Made by a program: the position numbers and the translations under genes
Origin: Antechinus flavipes
Lineage: Eukaryota
Reading direction: 5' to 3'
Length of the DNA stretch: 64,000 bases
NCBI RefSeq assembly: GCF_016432865.1
Contig: NC_067403.1
Coordinates: 247,442,001 to 247,506,000, forward strand
The notes under the pieces: model-generated
Seen by the model: the letters and a program-made list of their open reading frames with translations, nothing else
Database searches by the model: none
Told to the model about the DNA's origin: nothing
Part shown: positions 1 through 11,764 of the stretch, piece by piece
Layout of the letters: every line of letters starts with the position of its first letter
Position numbering within the stretch: position 1 is the first letter of the stretch

Positions 1-104
1 ACTGCCCCTTACCTAGGCCGATCCATGTCTTATAGCAGCCAAAAAGTCCCATCTGGTGTCCCTGAGACAGAGGAAGTTGCCTTGCAGCCATTACTGGCAC
101 CCAA
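1..104 (+). CDS. ZDHHC5: ZDHHC5 palmitoyltransferase, penultimate coding exon (5'-truncated by window)
   Basis: Frame 1 reads [34 protein letters not shown], matching the recalled ZDHHC5 C-terminal tail; donor AA|GTAAGT at 105. Confidence 0.95.
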
Positions 105-410
105 GTAAGTATCGGCGCCACCCGTAGGCTTCCTTTGCCCTTTGTGCCCCATATGACCGGCTTCTGAAGCGTCCTCTTCTCCTTATCTAGCCGGGTGTCA
201 GGAAGTACAGGGCTGTGCCCTGGGTGCCAGGGGAAGTGAATGTGCGAAACCCCCCAGACGAAGGAGGGGGAGTGAATGCTGGGGGAGGCTAAGGTCGAGT
301 GGCCTTTTTCGTGTCCGAGGCTCGCTGGGGAGACACCATTTTGAGGGGGTGGCCTCGAGGTGGGTCTGGCCTCCTCACTGCCTGATCCCTATCTGTCCTT
401 CCTTCCCCAG

Positions 411-576
411 AGACGAGGTGCAACTGAAGACTGCCTACAGTAAATCCAACGGGCAGCCCAAGACCTTGGGCTCGGCCTCCCCTGGCTCGGGCCAGGCCTC
501 CCTCAGCAGCCCCACCCGAGGAGGAGTCAAGAAGGTGTCGGGGGTGGGCGGCACCACCTATGAGATTTCGGTGTGA
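411..576 (+). CDS. ZDHHC5: ZDHHC5 last coding exon, ending in PDZ-binding YEISV
   Basis: Acceptor ttccccag at 409-410; phase joins aa+a=K, then [16 protein letters not shown]...[12 protein letters not shown] at 574-576. Confidence 0.96.
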
Positions 577-857
577 GCCCTTGGCGCCTCCGTGCCTACA
601 CCAAAGGGCCCTGAGTGGCTACCCTGCTCCCCCCAAAGGGGCTCCCCTCTCCTGCATGGACACTTTTCAAACCACAGATCCCACGAGGATGAGGAACTTT
701 TACAGACCACAACGCTGGAGGCAGGGGACGTGGGGGAGAGTCGGCACCCACTGCCCAGGGCGGTGACTCCTGTCTGAGAATCAGCCTCCTCCCCCGAGCC
801 CTCCCCACCCCTGGGCCAGACTCAGTGGACATTTGTGCAATTGCTTGCCCTGGAGGG

Positions 858-1011
858 NNNNNNNNNNNNNNNNNNNNNNNNNNNNNNNNNNNNNNNNNNN
901 NNNNNNNNNNNNNNNNNNNNNNNNNNNNNNNNNNNNNNNNNNNNNNNNNNNNNNNNNNNNNNNNNNNNNNNNNNNNNNNNNNNNNNNNNNNNNNNNNNNN
1001 NNNNNNNNNNN
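858..1011. other. Assembly gap (154 N) in ZDHHC5 3' UTR
   Basis: Run of N. Confidence 1.
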
Positions 1012-1686
1012 TGGGATGAGGAAAGGGGAGAAGAGGGGTGAGCATCAGGAGAGAAAGGGGAGCTCCCCCCACCCCCGCCCGTCCCTCAGACCATCAGGAA
1101 AAGGGTTGGGGTGTGGGACCTTCCAACCCAGCCCTTCCCTTCCCTGTGGCCCCTCTCTTTCCCCTCCCTTCCCCCAGTCATCACCACTGAGGAGCTTGGG
1201 AAGAGGAGAACAAGTGAGGACACTCCCCTCCATGGTGGGGAGGGGGGACTTGGGGACGATGCAGTTAGTTTTATAGTCTCATTGGCACTTGATTTCCTCA
1301 GTGGGCAAGGCCCTGCCACCTGCCCCCTGGCGAAGTAGGAAGGAGTTGGCCTAGCTCAGCTCCCATATCATTGGATCCCAACCAACCCCAAGGGGGCTGT
1401 GGAGGCGGGCAGCCTCCCCCAACTCTCACAGTTGAGTTTGCAAATTCAAGGCCGGGAGAGAAGAGTCCAAAAAGCAATATTTCTCATCACATGCCAAAAA
1501 CTGGGAACAGAGAGAGGGGGGCAGGCCCAGTCCGAGCCTCTCTGGCTTCCTTGGGGATTACCTTTAGCCCAACTCTCCTGGGTGGCAGGGGATGCTGGGT
1601 CCTGGCTTCAGGAAGGGGGACCTGCCTCCCTCTTGGCAGAGGCCCTTTTATTTTTTATTCTGATTAGCCATTTTAAACCAACAAGG

Positions 1687-1692
1687 AATAAA
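1687..1692 (+). terminator. ZDHHC5: Probable ZDHHC5 polyadenylation signal
   Basis: AATAAA preceded by a U-rich tract (1646-1660) about 1.1 kb after the stop; another AATAAA lies at 2735-2740. Confidence 0.65.
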
Positions 1693-3039
1693 AAGAAATC
1701 CTGATCTAAATCTGCCGCCCTGAATCTGTGTTCTTTCTGGTCTTGCCAGTTCCACCCTTTTCCTGGTGGGAGGTGGCCACTGGGGCCGTTGGCCTCTGCG
1801 GGTCCAGGCTTGGGGCAAAGCTGCTTCTAAGTGATACCCGCTCGACTTGTCTCTTTTGGAAGAAGTGAATGAAGTTGACCTGAAGAGAGCCCGAGCTAGG
1901 GCAAGTCATAACGAATCAGGGGAGTCAGTCCAGGTTTTCAGGGTGTTTAATCTTGGTTTCACCTTTGGAAAGGTGTAGCACCCGCGGTAGCTGCCAACTA
2001 AGGGCCCTCACCACCGCCCTTATCCGGTCAAATGTCAGGTGGGGTCGAGGGCCACCTGCTGGCACTGGGGGAGAACTACGGCTACCCTCTGGCATGACCT
2101 CTGCTGCAAAAAATGGGGTTACCCCTCTGCCAGGTTTAAGGGGAGAAAAAGGTCCTAGCAGATTTATGGAATCTCTGTACTCTCTGGGTAGCTGAGGAGA
2201 ATGCCTCACACACACAGCACCTACCTTTGCCAGAGCTTTGCCTTGAGAGCTCACTGGTTCAGGACCCATCCTGGTTAAAGCCTGACCTGCCCCCAGAGGA
2301 AAGAGATCGGGCCATCAGACAACGGCTCCATTTAACTTTAAAAATGGGGAGGCCGGGAATTCTCCACACCTTAAAGTGCTAAGAAACCCTCAAGTGATAA
2401 GACTTCTTCCTGTTCTTATTAACAAAGTGCCAGATCAACCCTTGCGCTCGATTTTCCATCTGACAGGGGCACCGTGGCAGGCTTAGCGATGTGGATACTG
2501 GGCCCCCTCTCCCCATTTCATTTGGGGTGGTATTCCAACACTTGGCCCACCCAGTATTTGTCCCCATTCTCAATGGAGCCCGCTACGGCCACTCCTCTGC
2601 TAAAAACCAGCAGGACAAGGGCCACTTAGCATAAACGCAGCATCCTTAACCCTGCCCCTGGTTCCCAACACCCAAGCGTCACAACTCAGTCAGTTTGGTA
2701 CAATACGAATTTTTAAAAAAAGAAACCAAGCCCTAATAAACCAATCCAAATCCGAAAAGCAGACAAACTGTACAAAAAGACATGGAGAGAAGGCTCCTTG
2801 GGAAGGGAAGAGCGGCTCCCCGGAGAGCCAACCGAGCCGTGCCTTCCCCAGGCACTGCCCTTCCCACCCCTAATGAATCTGCCTCATTCGTCTCCAGCCA
2901 GAGCCGGCCTGGCCCGCATCCTTCCCATCACGGGGGGGATGCTCCCAGAGCTCTGTGTCCTCCAGCCTCCAAGGCTGCTTCGGTCGGCAAGTTGCGTGTA
3001 GGAGAAAAGAGCGCCCCGGCCTGTCGTCCAGTGATCTCG

Positions 3040-3108
3040 TTAACGGAGGCTACTGCTGCTGCTGGCCTGGGAGCTGCCCATACTGGGGTGCTCTGGACTG
3101 TGACGGTT
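3040..3108 (-). CDS. MED19: MED19 exon 5 (last coding exon)
   Basis: Minus strand ttttttccccag|AAC CGT CAC...: NRHSPEHPSMGSSQASSSSSLR*, TAA at 3040-3042. Confidence 0.96.
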   Translation of the reverse strand, partial: NRHSPEHPSMGSSQASSSSSLR

Positions 3109-3379
3109 CTGGGGAAAAAACAAGAAGCAAAAGTAGGGAAACCATCTCGATTTCTGGAAGCTCACCTCAGGCGGTAAACTCCACGGCCTCGTTCCCGCCT
3201 TAAAGGACGAGGAAGCAAGAGGCTACACGGAGGTAGCGTGGGTGGGGGAGGAAAGGCCTGTTCTGGGAATCGGGAAAGCGGGGCTCATGTCTCACTCAGC
3301 CTGGCCACTGGCTAGTTCGTGTAATCCTGTGGCCTCCCTTGATTTCTGAGCCTCACTTTACTTCACCAGCATAGCCTGA

Positions 3380-4790
3380 TAGGCTTACTATACACCAGGC
3401 ACTTTGCCCGGGGCTGGAAATACAAGAAAACAGTCCTGCCCTCAAGGAGCTTCCATTCTACTGAGAATAAATGCAATATCCTTGGAAGAGGGAGAGCACT
3501 CACAGCTATGATGAAAAAGTCTTCCTAGGAGGTGGCACCTAAGGTGAGCCTTGAAGGAAGCTAAAAACTCTCAAAGTCAGAGGTGGGAAGGAGCGGATTT
3601 GAAGCACGGCCAGACTGTGCAAAGGCCCACCTGAGTCTGGGGAAACAGCCAACAGGCCCTTAGGCCAAAGAGTAGACTCTGTGTGTAAAGGAGAAATGGG
3701 AAATAAATCAAGGAAGGCTGAAACCAGACTGTTAAGGCCAAGCTGAGAAGTTTGGCTCATCTCCGCCAAGAGGGAACCATCCATATTTCTGGCCAAAGTC
3801 TGATGTGACACGGACTTCCCTGTGCCCTCAACCTATCATGGTGAAGCGAGGAGAGAAGCGGGAAGCCGGGAGGCCGGTTGTCCAGATGAGAGGCGCCGGG
3901 AGGCCTGGACTGGGGTCATGAGTGTGAGTGGAAAGATGAAATGGCCGAGAGAGCTGTGGGGGCAGAACTGACAAGACTTGATAATTGACTCCAAGTGAGG
4001 GACAGAGAAGGAAGAGCCAAGAAGAACGACAGCCCGGGGCAACGCCAGCAACAGAAAACAGAGACAGAGGAAGACAGTGAGTCCTTTAGAGACACGGAGT
4101 CTGAGAGGCCAAGGGACATGCAGGTAGAGAGGTCCGACAGGCGGGTGCTGAGGCAGCCTGGAGCTCAGGAGACAGGTCTAGAGGTCCGGCAGCTGTCTCC
4201 CTGGGAGTGCTCACGGAGGAGTTCATTGAGACGGGGGAAGAGAGACGGCGGAGGGTGAGGTGGGTGAGGTCCAGCAAGAGAGGCTGAGGACTAGCTAAGC
4301 AGCTAGGAGGAGAACCGGGAGAGAGTGGGGCAGGAAAACCCGTGGGGGAGAGAGAATATCAAGCCAGAGGAAGTGACGAGCCACGGAGAGGCCGCTGGGT
4401 CTGGCCGGCAAGAGCTCCCGGGTGTTGAGTGACATGGTCAGAAGGCAGACTGCAGAGGGCGGGAAGTAAGGGGGAGCAAGGCAAGGAAGGCGGCCTTTCT
4501 GAGGGCCGTGGCTGCAAATGGGAAGAGGAACACAGGACGAGCCAATCACGTGAAGGTTTTCTGTGGCTGGGGGACCTGGACCTACCTCAGGGTGACAAGC
4601 GGCAGGTGAGCAAGAGAGAAAGGAAGGAACTGAAGGAATAAAGCTCCCCCCGAGAGGGGACCTCGAGATGGGCCCAGGGCACAAGGAGAAGGCAAAGAGA
4701 AGGGCCCAGAGCGAGGGAAGAGGAGGCGGCACAGAGAGCGGTTTCCTCAGTGAAGGAGGATGCAAAGTCCCCTGCTGAGAACAAGGGGGG
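3380..4790 (-). mobile_element. Degenerate L2 LINE in MED19 intron 4 (approximate ends)
   Basis: Purine-rich plus strand with L2-like phrases (gagaggcgccgggaggcctggactgggg; ggagctcaggagacagg); no intact ORF. Confidence 0.55.
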
Positions 4791-4844
4791 AAGCAGGAGG
4801 TACAGGAGACTTCCAAGATGAGGTCTGCACCGGTCGCTGCAGGG

Positions 4845-4955
4845 AGCTTCCTCAACTGTAAAACAGGTATAATCAGTAATACTTGTCCTACTTGGGTCCC
4901 AGGGTGGTTGTGAGCAAGGCGTTTGGCAACCCTTAGAGCCCTACACAAGCCTGAG
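4845..4955 (+). mobile_element. MIR/CORE-SINE 3' fragment
   Basis: cttcctcaactgtaaaacagg...ggttgtgagc...ccttagagccctacacaa resembles the MIR core and tail. Confidence 0.5.
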
Positions 4956-5080
4956 CGGCCTACGGTCCCATGGGCTTCCGGCCACAGGTCCAACCTGAGG
5001 GAAAGGACTCGGATTCGCCTTAAGATAAAAACAAGATACACAGGACCTCACTGGGTTACAGGAAGAGACCACTATCCTAC

Positions 5081-5175
5081 CTTCTTCTTCTTCTTTTCTT
5101 TCTTCTTCCTTTTCCGCTCAGGATCTTCTTCCTTTTTCTTTTTCTTTTTCTTGTGATCCGAATCGGATGGAGTTT
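5081..5175 (-). CDS. MED19: MED19 exon 4 (Lys-rich)
   Basis: ctcctatag|AA ACT CCA...: (E)TPSDSDHKKKKKKKEEDPERKRKKKEKKKKK, donor GTAGGA; 95 nt keeps phase. Confidence 0.96.
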
Positions 5176-5367
5176 CTATAGGAGACAGTATCACCTGTAG
5201 AGTTCCTACGGCTTATGAACTCAAAAGCCAACATGAAAACTGAGTCAAGGACAATGTTATTTTCCAAGTGGCTTGAAAGGGGCCTCAGGCTCTCCCAGGG
5301 ACTCAGTGCCAAGGCCCCCCCCAGGGTTCTTCCTGGAGTATAAAGGTGGGGCTCAGCAGGAGCTCTG

Positions 5368-5552
5368 TGTTAAGAGAATGACCTGGAATCAGGAGAGCTG
5401 GGTTCGAATCCCAGCTTAGAGACTTCCTAGCTGTGTGGCCTTGGGTAAGCATTTCCCTTCTTGGGGCCTTGGTTTCCTCAGCTATAAAACGGGGATTATA
5501 TCCTCGCACTAGCTACCTTGCGGGGACTCTGTGAGGACAGTGCTCGAGAAGT
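5368..5552 (+). mobile_element. MIR SINE
   Basis: tRNA-derived head with B-box-like gggttcgaatccc, then ctagctgtgtggccttgggtaagc...tttcctcagctataaaa core. Confidence 0.7.
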
Positions 5553-5645
5553 GTGAGTGCCTACTGTTTTCGGCCTGCTTGAGGGCAGCAAGAATCGGAT
5601 GCGGAAGATGTGATCGCTTTCTGGCCTTCGGGAGCAGCCTCTTAC

Positions 5646-5742
5646 CTGGGGGAACAGGGTCCTGCGTCCGGCTCTGTTTGTGCTTATGCTTGTTCTTCTT
5701 CTTGGGCGGCTGGATGTGCATCAGCCGACACTGTTCTGGTAG
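5646..5742 (-). CDS. MED19: MED19 exon 3
   Basis: tcttccag|CTA CCA GAA: LPEQCRLMHIQPPKKKNKHKHKQSRTQDPVPP, donor AG|GTAAG; 97 nt. Confidence 0.96.
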
Positions 5743-5836
5743 CTGGAAGAAGGGCCCAGAGGCGCCGTGAGTAGAGGCGGAGGCCACGCCCTCCGTGTCC
5801 AGCCCCCCGCCCCTCCGCCTGAGCCACAGGACTCAC

Positions 5837-6093
5837 CGGGCCCGCGTGCAGACGGAAGCCCGCCAGCATGGTGCCAGTGATGGGGTTGAAAGAGCCTCCC
5901 AGGATGGGCGGTTTCTCGATGAGGGACCGGAGGCCGCTGTTGTCGTGGGAGCCCGGCAGGTCGATCATCCCGGGCAGGTCAGGCAAGAAATTGCTCAGCT
6001 TCTCCTTCACCTTCTTCCCACAGAACTTATTGTAGGCATGCTCCAGGTTGTAGTGCGTGATGAGATTGGTGCTCCCCGTCAGCTCGGTGCTGC
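5837..6093 (-). CDS. MED19: MED19 exon 2 (Med19 core domain)
   Basis: tccgcag|GC AGC ACC: GSTELTGSTNLITHYNLEHAYNKFCGKKVKEKLSNFLPDLPGMIDLPG...FRLHAGP, donor GTGAGT; 257 nt. Confidence 0.97.
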
Positions 6094-6869
6094 CTGCGGA
6101 GAGAGGGTGGGGGACAGGGAGTCAGGACCAGGCCCCGCTGCCACTGCCGAGGACCAAAAGCACAAGCATGTCGACTCTGCTTCCCAAGACAGCCATCCAC
6201 ATTGGACTCCCCGTTTGTAAACGAGGAGAGAACGCCAAGCGTCACGGACAGCCATCTGTCCCTCTCTGCACTAAGCATTAAGAGTAGGCAAACTTCTCTG
6301 TCCTAACTCTCAAATGATACTCTTTCTAAGGATGGCACGTTCCTAAGAAATCATAAAAATGCCTGCATGTTCACGGACCTTCAAACTAGCTCTGTGTTCT
6401 GCCTGGTTACCCTGGAGGTAGAAGAGAGGAGGGGGTGGGTGGAGGGGATAGAAGGGAGAACAAGAGGGAATGAAACAGGTGAGAGAGGAGATCCATGGGG
6501 AAATCCGAGATGGACAGAGAATGGGAAAGACCGGTAAGGAAGGCAGAGGGAGTCCCCCAAAGTTCGGGCTGGGCCTGTAGTTCCCTCGGACTTCGGTGTT
6601 ACCAGCAACACCGGGCTGACCGGTCCCTTCCTAACCATTATGTGAAGTTCTTCATCTTCTCTGAGAAAGCTCTAGCATAAGGCTCTGTTCTGAATGCACT
6701 GAGACAAACGTTTCCTGAACAGCACCTGCAATGAGGAATGGCACATGAGCCACCTAAGGGCTGAAATAAAGCTTCTCTAACTCTTGGTTTACTTTCTGAA
6801 TATCTTTCAGCTTCGTATTCACTGATCAAGAAATAACAAACACCTTGACCTAGTTAATTCTCAATTAAT

Positions 6870-7470
6870 GTGGGGGGGAGGGGAGGGAATGCTTTATATA
6901 TAGGGTGCCTAATGCTTTTGGACTGTAAAAAGATCCCTTGTGGTGTGATTTTGGAGTCCTTGCTAATGCAATATCTGACCTTGAGTAAGTCTTATCACCT
7001 GGAAAGGTGGAGTTAAGGAGTTAGCAAGTTAGGAAGTTGAGAGTCAAACAGAGGTTTTTATATTTGATCCTGGAGGTCCACAGAGGGCTACTGGAGTTTG
7101 CTGAGTGGGGATGACAGGGTGAGATCTGTGCTTCAGGAAGTTCACTTTTTGACACTGAAGCAGGCAGGCAGCCCCATGAGGGCTGGGATGATAAAGGCCT
7201 GCATCAGGATGAAGGCAGACTCAGAGGAGGAAAAAGATGTACACCCGAGCTATTGGGAAGGTGGTTTTGACAAGACTGGCAACTGACTGGATACAGGGAG
7301 TGAGAGACAGGGAGAAGTCTTGGCCATGAGCCAGAGTGACTAGAAGGATGGTGAGACTGACAGCAAGAAAGAAGTTAGAAGGGAAGTTTTTGGGTTTTTT
7401 TTGGTAAAGATAATGAGTTCCATTCTAGACATGTTAAGTTTAAGAGGACATCCACTTCAGAATGTCCAAA
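6870..7470 (-). mobile_element. L2 LINE fragment
   Basis: tttgatcctggagg...gagatctgtgcttcaggaag...gataatgagttccattctagacatgttaagttt matches the antisense L2 pattern. Confidence 0.65.
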
Positions 7471-7894
7471 GTGCTCTGTCTATTCTACTGTCTCTGAGCT
7501 CTTCCTGAAATGTGGGTAGATCTATGAATTATTACCTATAATACCAATTATGTGTAGTCATATAACTGAAATCGGAAACAAGAATGGCACAGATAAATAC
7601 ACTCACCATAAAGGATTTTCATTAGAGATTTTACAAAGAGTTTACAAGTATTATTTATTCCAAATCCCTCTAAGTATTTTTCTCTTCTTTTTAAGGTTAA
7701 AAAAAAAAAAAAAGACATAGTTCACACCTGTTGGCTCCATCTCCTACAATCCACACAGTAACCCTCAGCTGTCAATACTCCATATTAATTCAAGTTTTTG
7801 TTCAGCTCACCAGTGAGCTTGAGCTCTTAATCACTTCATAATGGAACATTCTACTCCACCCCACCCTCACTGCATACTCTTCTTAGGGATACTT

Positions 7895-8140
7895 GGGGAT
7901 AGCTAGGTGGCAAAAGGGATTGAATACCAGGCTTGGAATCAGGAAGACAACTCTTCCTGAATTCAAATTCAGCCTCAGACACTTAATAGCTGTGCGATCC
8001 TGGCAGTCATTTCATCCTGTTTGCCTCAGTTTCCTCCTCTGTAAAATGAGCTGGAAAATCTTAAATTTTTATTAAAAAATAAAATTTCCTGGAGAAGGAA
8101 ATTGTATCTCTACTAAGAACACTCTAAAGTGGCAGGATGT
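7895..8140 (+). mobile_element. Mar1-like marsupial CORE-SINE
   Basis: ggggatagctaggtgg head, ttcaaattcagcctcagacactt, core tgcctcagtttcctcctctgtaaaatgagctgg, RTE-like ggagaaggaaat tail. Confidence 0.7.
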
Positions 8141-8804
8141 GATTGAAAAGAAAATTCAACAACCACAATCAAGGGTCACTTGAAGGAGGCTCATCTGTGG
8201 ACTCAGAGCTGACCAGCATGGCACCTGAGGCCCTTCTCCGAAATGTTCCTTGCCTCAATGGCCCCATTTGGCCACAAACATCTCATTTGCGCCACTCCTC
8301 AAGTCCATTCTCCCGGCCCCAATCTCAGTTTTATGGGCCCAGGGGGGCGACCATGGTTTTATACAGTCTCTCTTAATGAATGGCCCTGCTCAGCTTCCTC
8401 GTCTGTAAAACGCAGTTGGCTTGAATAATCTTCAAGGTCACTTCCAGTTCGGAAAGTCTAGGACTCTTCCCTGAGATGCCACATGGTACTGGCTCCTCCT
8501 CTCTTTCTTTCTCAAACTTTTTTTTTTTGGTCATGGGACTCATGAGACTCACAGCCCAGGGTCTGGCTCTTAGTTCTTTCTTCTCTTGGGCCCTCGGAGA
8601 CCTCAACCATCCACACTCTTGTTTCAACTATCTCCTCTGGGCACGCCTCTACTCCAACCCTTATTTTTTTTTAAAACTCCAATTCTGTTTCCATCTTCCA
8701 ATTAGAGAATTTTACTTAATTCCTTCAGTCAACTCAAACTCAATTTTTCATCATTTTTTCTTTTTCTCTAATTTTTAAAAATAAAAATAAATTTTCATTG
8801 ATCA

Positions 8805-9045
8805 CAGCTGGTGGTACAATGGATAGCATGCTGGCCTGAAGTCAATCATTTCAAAGCCAACCTCAAACACTTACAAACTGTGACCCTCAACAAGTCACTT
8901 CACCTGTTTGCTTTGATTTCCTCAACTGTAATAGGAGGACAAAAACAACATCTACCTCAGGGACTATTGGGAGGACTGAATAAGAACAATGTGCAAAAAA
9001 CACAAAAGTACTTAGAACAGTACCTGGCACATAGTAGACTCTATA
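8805..9045 (+). mobile_element. MIR SINE
   Basis: tggtacaatggatagcatgctggcc head, tgtgaccctcaacaagtcactt core, tacctggcacatagtag tail. Confidence 0.65.
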
Positions 9046-9059
9046 TTCCATTCCCTTCC

Positions 9060-10330
9060 CTTTCCTTTTTTACATCACTGTAATTTCCTCCAGGATTTCT
9101 CCTCTTCCTCCATGAAACCCACCCCATATAACAAACAGTAATTTTTAAAGGAAAAGAAAAAAATTAATAATAAGAAAAAGAGGGAAAAATCAATACAATT
9201 GATCAGTAAATTGAAAAACTCTGAATATATGCACATTGTATATTTGTGGACCTTTACAAAGAGCTGGAGTGGAGGTATTTTATCTCTTCTTTCATGACAT
9301 GCTTGTTCTCTATAGTTTTGTCATATTCACTTTTAATTTTTTTGGTGACAGATATTTCTCTTTACATTGTTGTAGTCAGTGTGTATATACTGTTTCCATG
9401 GTTCTGCTTATTTCATTCTGCAGCAGTTCAAGTAGATCTTTCATGTACATGAACTGATGCCGAGTGAAATGAGCAGAATCAAGAGAACATTGTATACAGC
9501 CATAACAAGATTATATTCAGGACAATTCCAATAGATTCGTAATGGAGAAAGCCATTGCCATCCAGAGAGAGAACAACAAAGACTGAATGTCAAAGCATAA
9601 TATTTTCACCTTTTTTTGTTGTTGCTACTGTTTACTTTTTTTTCCCTTTCTTATGTTTTTTTTTTCCTCCCTTTTTATCTGACTTTTCTTGCCCTGCCTT
9701 ATGAATATAGAAATATGTTCAGAAGAATTGCACATGTTTAATCTATACTGGATTGCTTGTTGTCTTGAGGAGGAAGAAGGAAAAATGTGGAACACAAAGT
9801 TCTGCAAAGGTGAACATTGAAAACCATCTTTGCATGTATTTGGAAAAATAAAAAGTTATAAAAAAAAGTCAAGTAGATCTTTCCATGCTTTTCTAGTTTC
9901 ATTATATTCATTTCTTATAACATAGTAATATTCTAGTAATTGTGGTACATTTATGTATGTATGAAATATTAATGCTGTAATATCTCTACATCAAAAAGTA
10001 TGGACATTTTAGTCACTTTATTTGAATGATTTCACATTGCTTTCTAAAATGATTGTCCTAATTTGCAGCTACATCTAGAGTATGCTAGTGCTTTTATCTA
10101 CTCACAACTGCTCTCAAGCTGAATTTCTACCTATTGCCATTTTTGCCAATTTGCAGAGAGATTCCTGGAGGTTGTTTTAATATGCATTTCTTTTATTATT
10201 TAGTGATGTGGAGCATTGTATCATGTGGTTGTTAATAGTTTACAATTCTTTTTGGGAATTGTTCATATTCTTTAACCATTTATCTATTGGGAAATGGCTT
10301 TTGGCATTATATTTTATCTGTTAATTGTTT
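9060..10330 (-). mobile_element. Old L1 3' region in antisense, split by a younger L1 insertion
   Basis: ttttgccaatttg...gttgttttaatatgcatttc...gtggagcatt...ttgttcatattctttaaccatttatctattggg is the typical antisense L1 ORF2 C-terminal/3' pattern; it resumes after 9884. Confidence 0.65.
9443..9868 (+). mobile_element. 5'-truncated L1 (3' UTR only) with A-rich tail and 15-bp TSD
   Basis: tacatgaactgatgccgagtgaaatgagcagaa... to ggaaaaataaaaagttataaaaaaaa; TSD tcaagtagatctttc at 9428-9442 and 9869-9883. Confidence 0.85.
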
Positions 10331-10427
10331 ATCGAACCCAATATTTGGACAAATACAGCATTTCTAAAACAGAACTCATCACCCTCCCCTGAAATAGTGG
10401 AATATATTACCATCTTCTTATCAATTT

Positions 10428-10545
10428 CTGCCATTTTACAGATGAGGAAGTGAAAGGTTAATAAGCCAAACAGGTTAAGTGGTTTGTCCAGGGTCACACA
10501 ACCAGGATTTAAACTGGTATCTTTAAATTTTGATTTTTGAAGTGA
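10428..10545 (-). mobile_element. MIR/CORE-SINE fragment
   Basis: ccattttacagatgaggaagtga...tttgtccagggtcacaca...ggatttaaactgg is the antisense core. Confidence 0.65.
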
Positions 10546-11544
10546 ATTCAACACTTTTTAATGCACCAAGTACTACCCTTTTTTGTTAACCAGATTTAAG
10601 CACCGTTGACTTCCTTCTCCCTGGCTCCTTAGCCAAACAGTCATAAAGTTCTCTGGCTACTTTGCTACTAACTCCTGCCTATCTAGCCCTCCTCCTAACA
10701 CTCGGGTAGGCTCTTCTTTCTGCAGCCAGTCCTCTCTCCTTCAGCCTGCCCAGGGTAATCTACTCTTCTTTTTTTTCAAGGTTATGAATAACGTCAATGT
10801 TGAGCTCAGCAGGAAGCCAGCCATCTGGCTGCTTTGTCACCTCCTCCTCCATGGGTTCTACACATCTTGGCCCAGTTAGGTGGGTCGCCCGAGACGAATG
10901 CCCCAGCACGTGGGAATCATTCCTAACTCACTCGAGCCGCTGCTGGGGCTCCTATGGATGGACCCCAGCTAGTTGTCAGCTGGGCAAAGGAAACCACCGT
11001 GTTTGCCCCCTTGGCTAACGGCACCAGCAGCCTCTCAAGAGAGGAGGGGGGTCTGCAAAAACGAATTGTCCCAGGCTGCCTCAGAGAGTATCTCATGGCA
11101 GCCTCACAAGCAACCCTGAAGGGGGCTGTCCCAGTACCTATTACACAGATGAGGAAGGGAGGCAGTCAAGGTTGAATGACATGCAACATTTGAACTCTTG
11201 TCCAGAGCGAGATCCACTGGACCTCAACAGACAATTTATGTGACCTTTAAAGAGTTAAGCTTTTATTAATCGGTTACTACGCCGAAATAGCACAACAGGA
11301 AACAAGGTGAGAAGTTTAGAACCCGGGCCTTCCAGACTCCATGAATCTGACGGACTCCGAGCCAGTTCATTGGCTGGCCCGCTCATTCGGCCCCGCCCCC
11401 TGGGTTCCCCGACTTACGGAAATCTCTACGTGGCCCCGCCCCCTTTGTCCATTATTTGTCGCTTCCGCTCATTGGCCTAAAGCCCCAACCTTCACGCCCT
11501 CCCTGGGAGCTGATTGGCTGGTTTCCAAGAGCATCCGTACTCAC

Positions 11545-11764
11545 CTGGGAGCTCCCGCATCAGGTAGAAGGGACCGCACCCAGCTGCGGCCTTGTCAGCG
11601 CCAGGAGGAGCTGGGGCCGCAGCGGGCGGAGGGACCGTTCCGGGGCCCCCTCCGGGAGGAGGAGGAGGCGGAGGGGGCGGCTTCCCCGGCCCAAAGCCCA
11701 GCGTGGCTGGTGGCGGCGGCGGCGGCTCTGTCTGGGCACCGAAAAGTGCTGTGAAGTTCTCCAT
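11545..11764 (-). CDS. MED19: MED19 exon 1 (Pro-rich N-terminus)
   Basis: ATG in strong context (gcgATGg); MENFTALFGAQTEPPPPPP...GCGPFYLMRELP(G), donor AG|GTGAGT. Five exons total 738 nt = 245 aa + stop. Confidence 0.97.

Noticed and set aside
596-1276. ORFs spanning the N gap
   Set aside because: Artefacts of translating Ns in the ZDHHC5 3' UTR.
4541-4553. CCAATCACGTGA motif
   Set aside because: Lies inside decayed repeat, does not fit ERSE spacing, and has no promoter context.
4295-5041. 248-aa minus-strand ORF in MED19 intron 4
   Set aside because: Low-complexity Leu/Ser/Pro translation of decayed L2/MIR sequence; no domain or splice support.
5795-6220. 141-aa plus-strand ORF
   Set aside because: Antisense shadow of MED19 exon 2.
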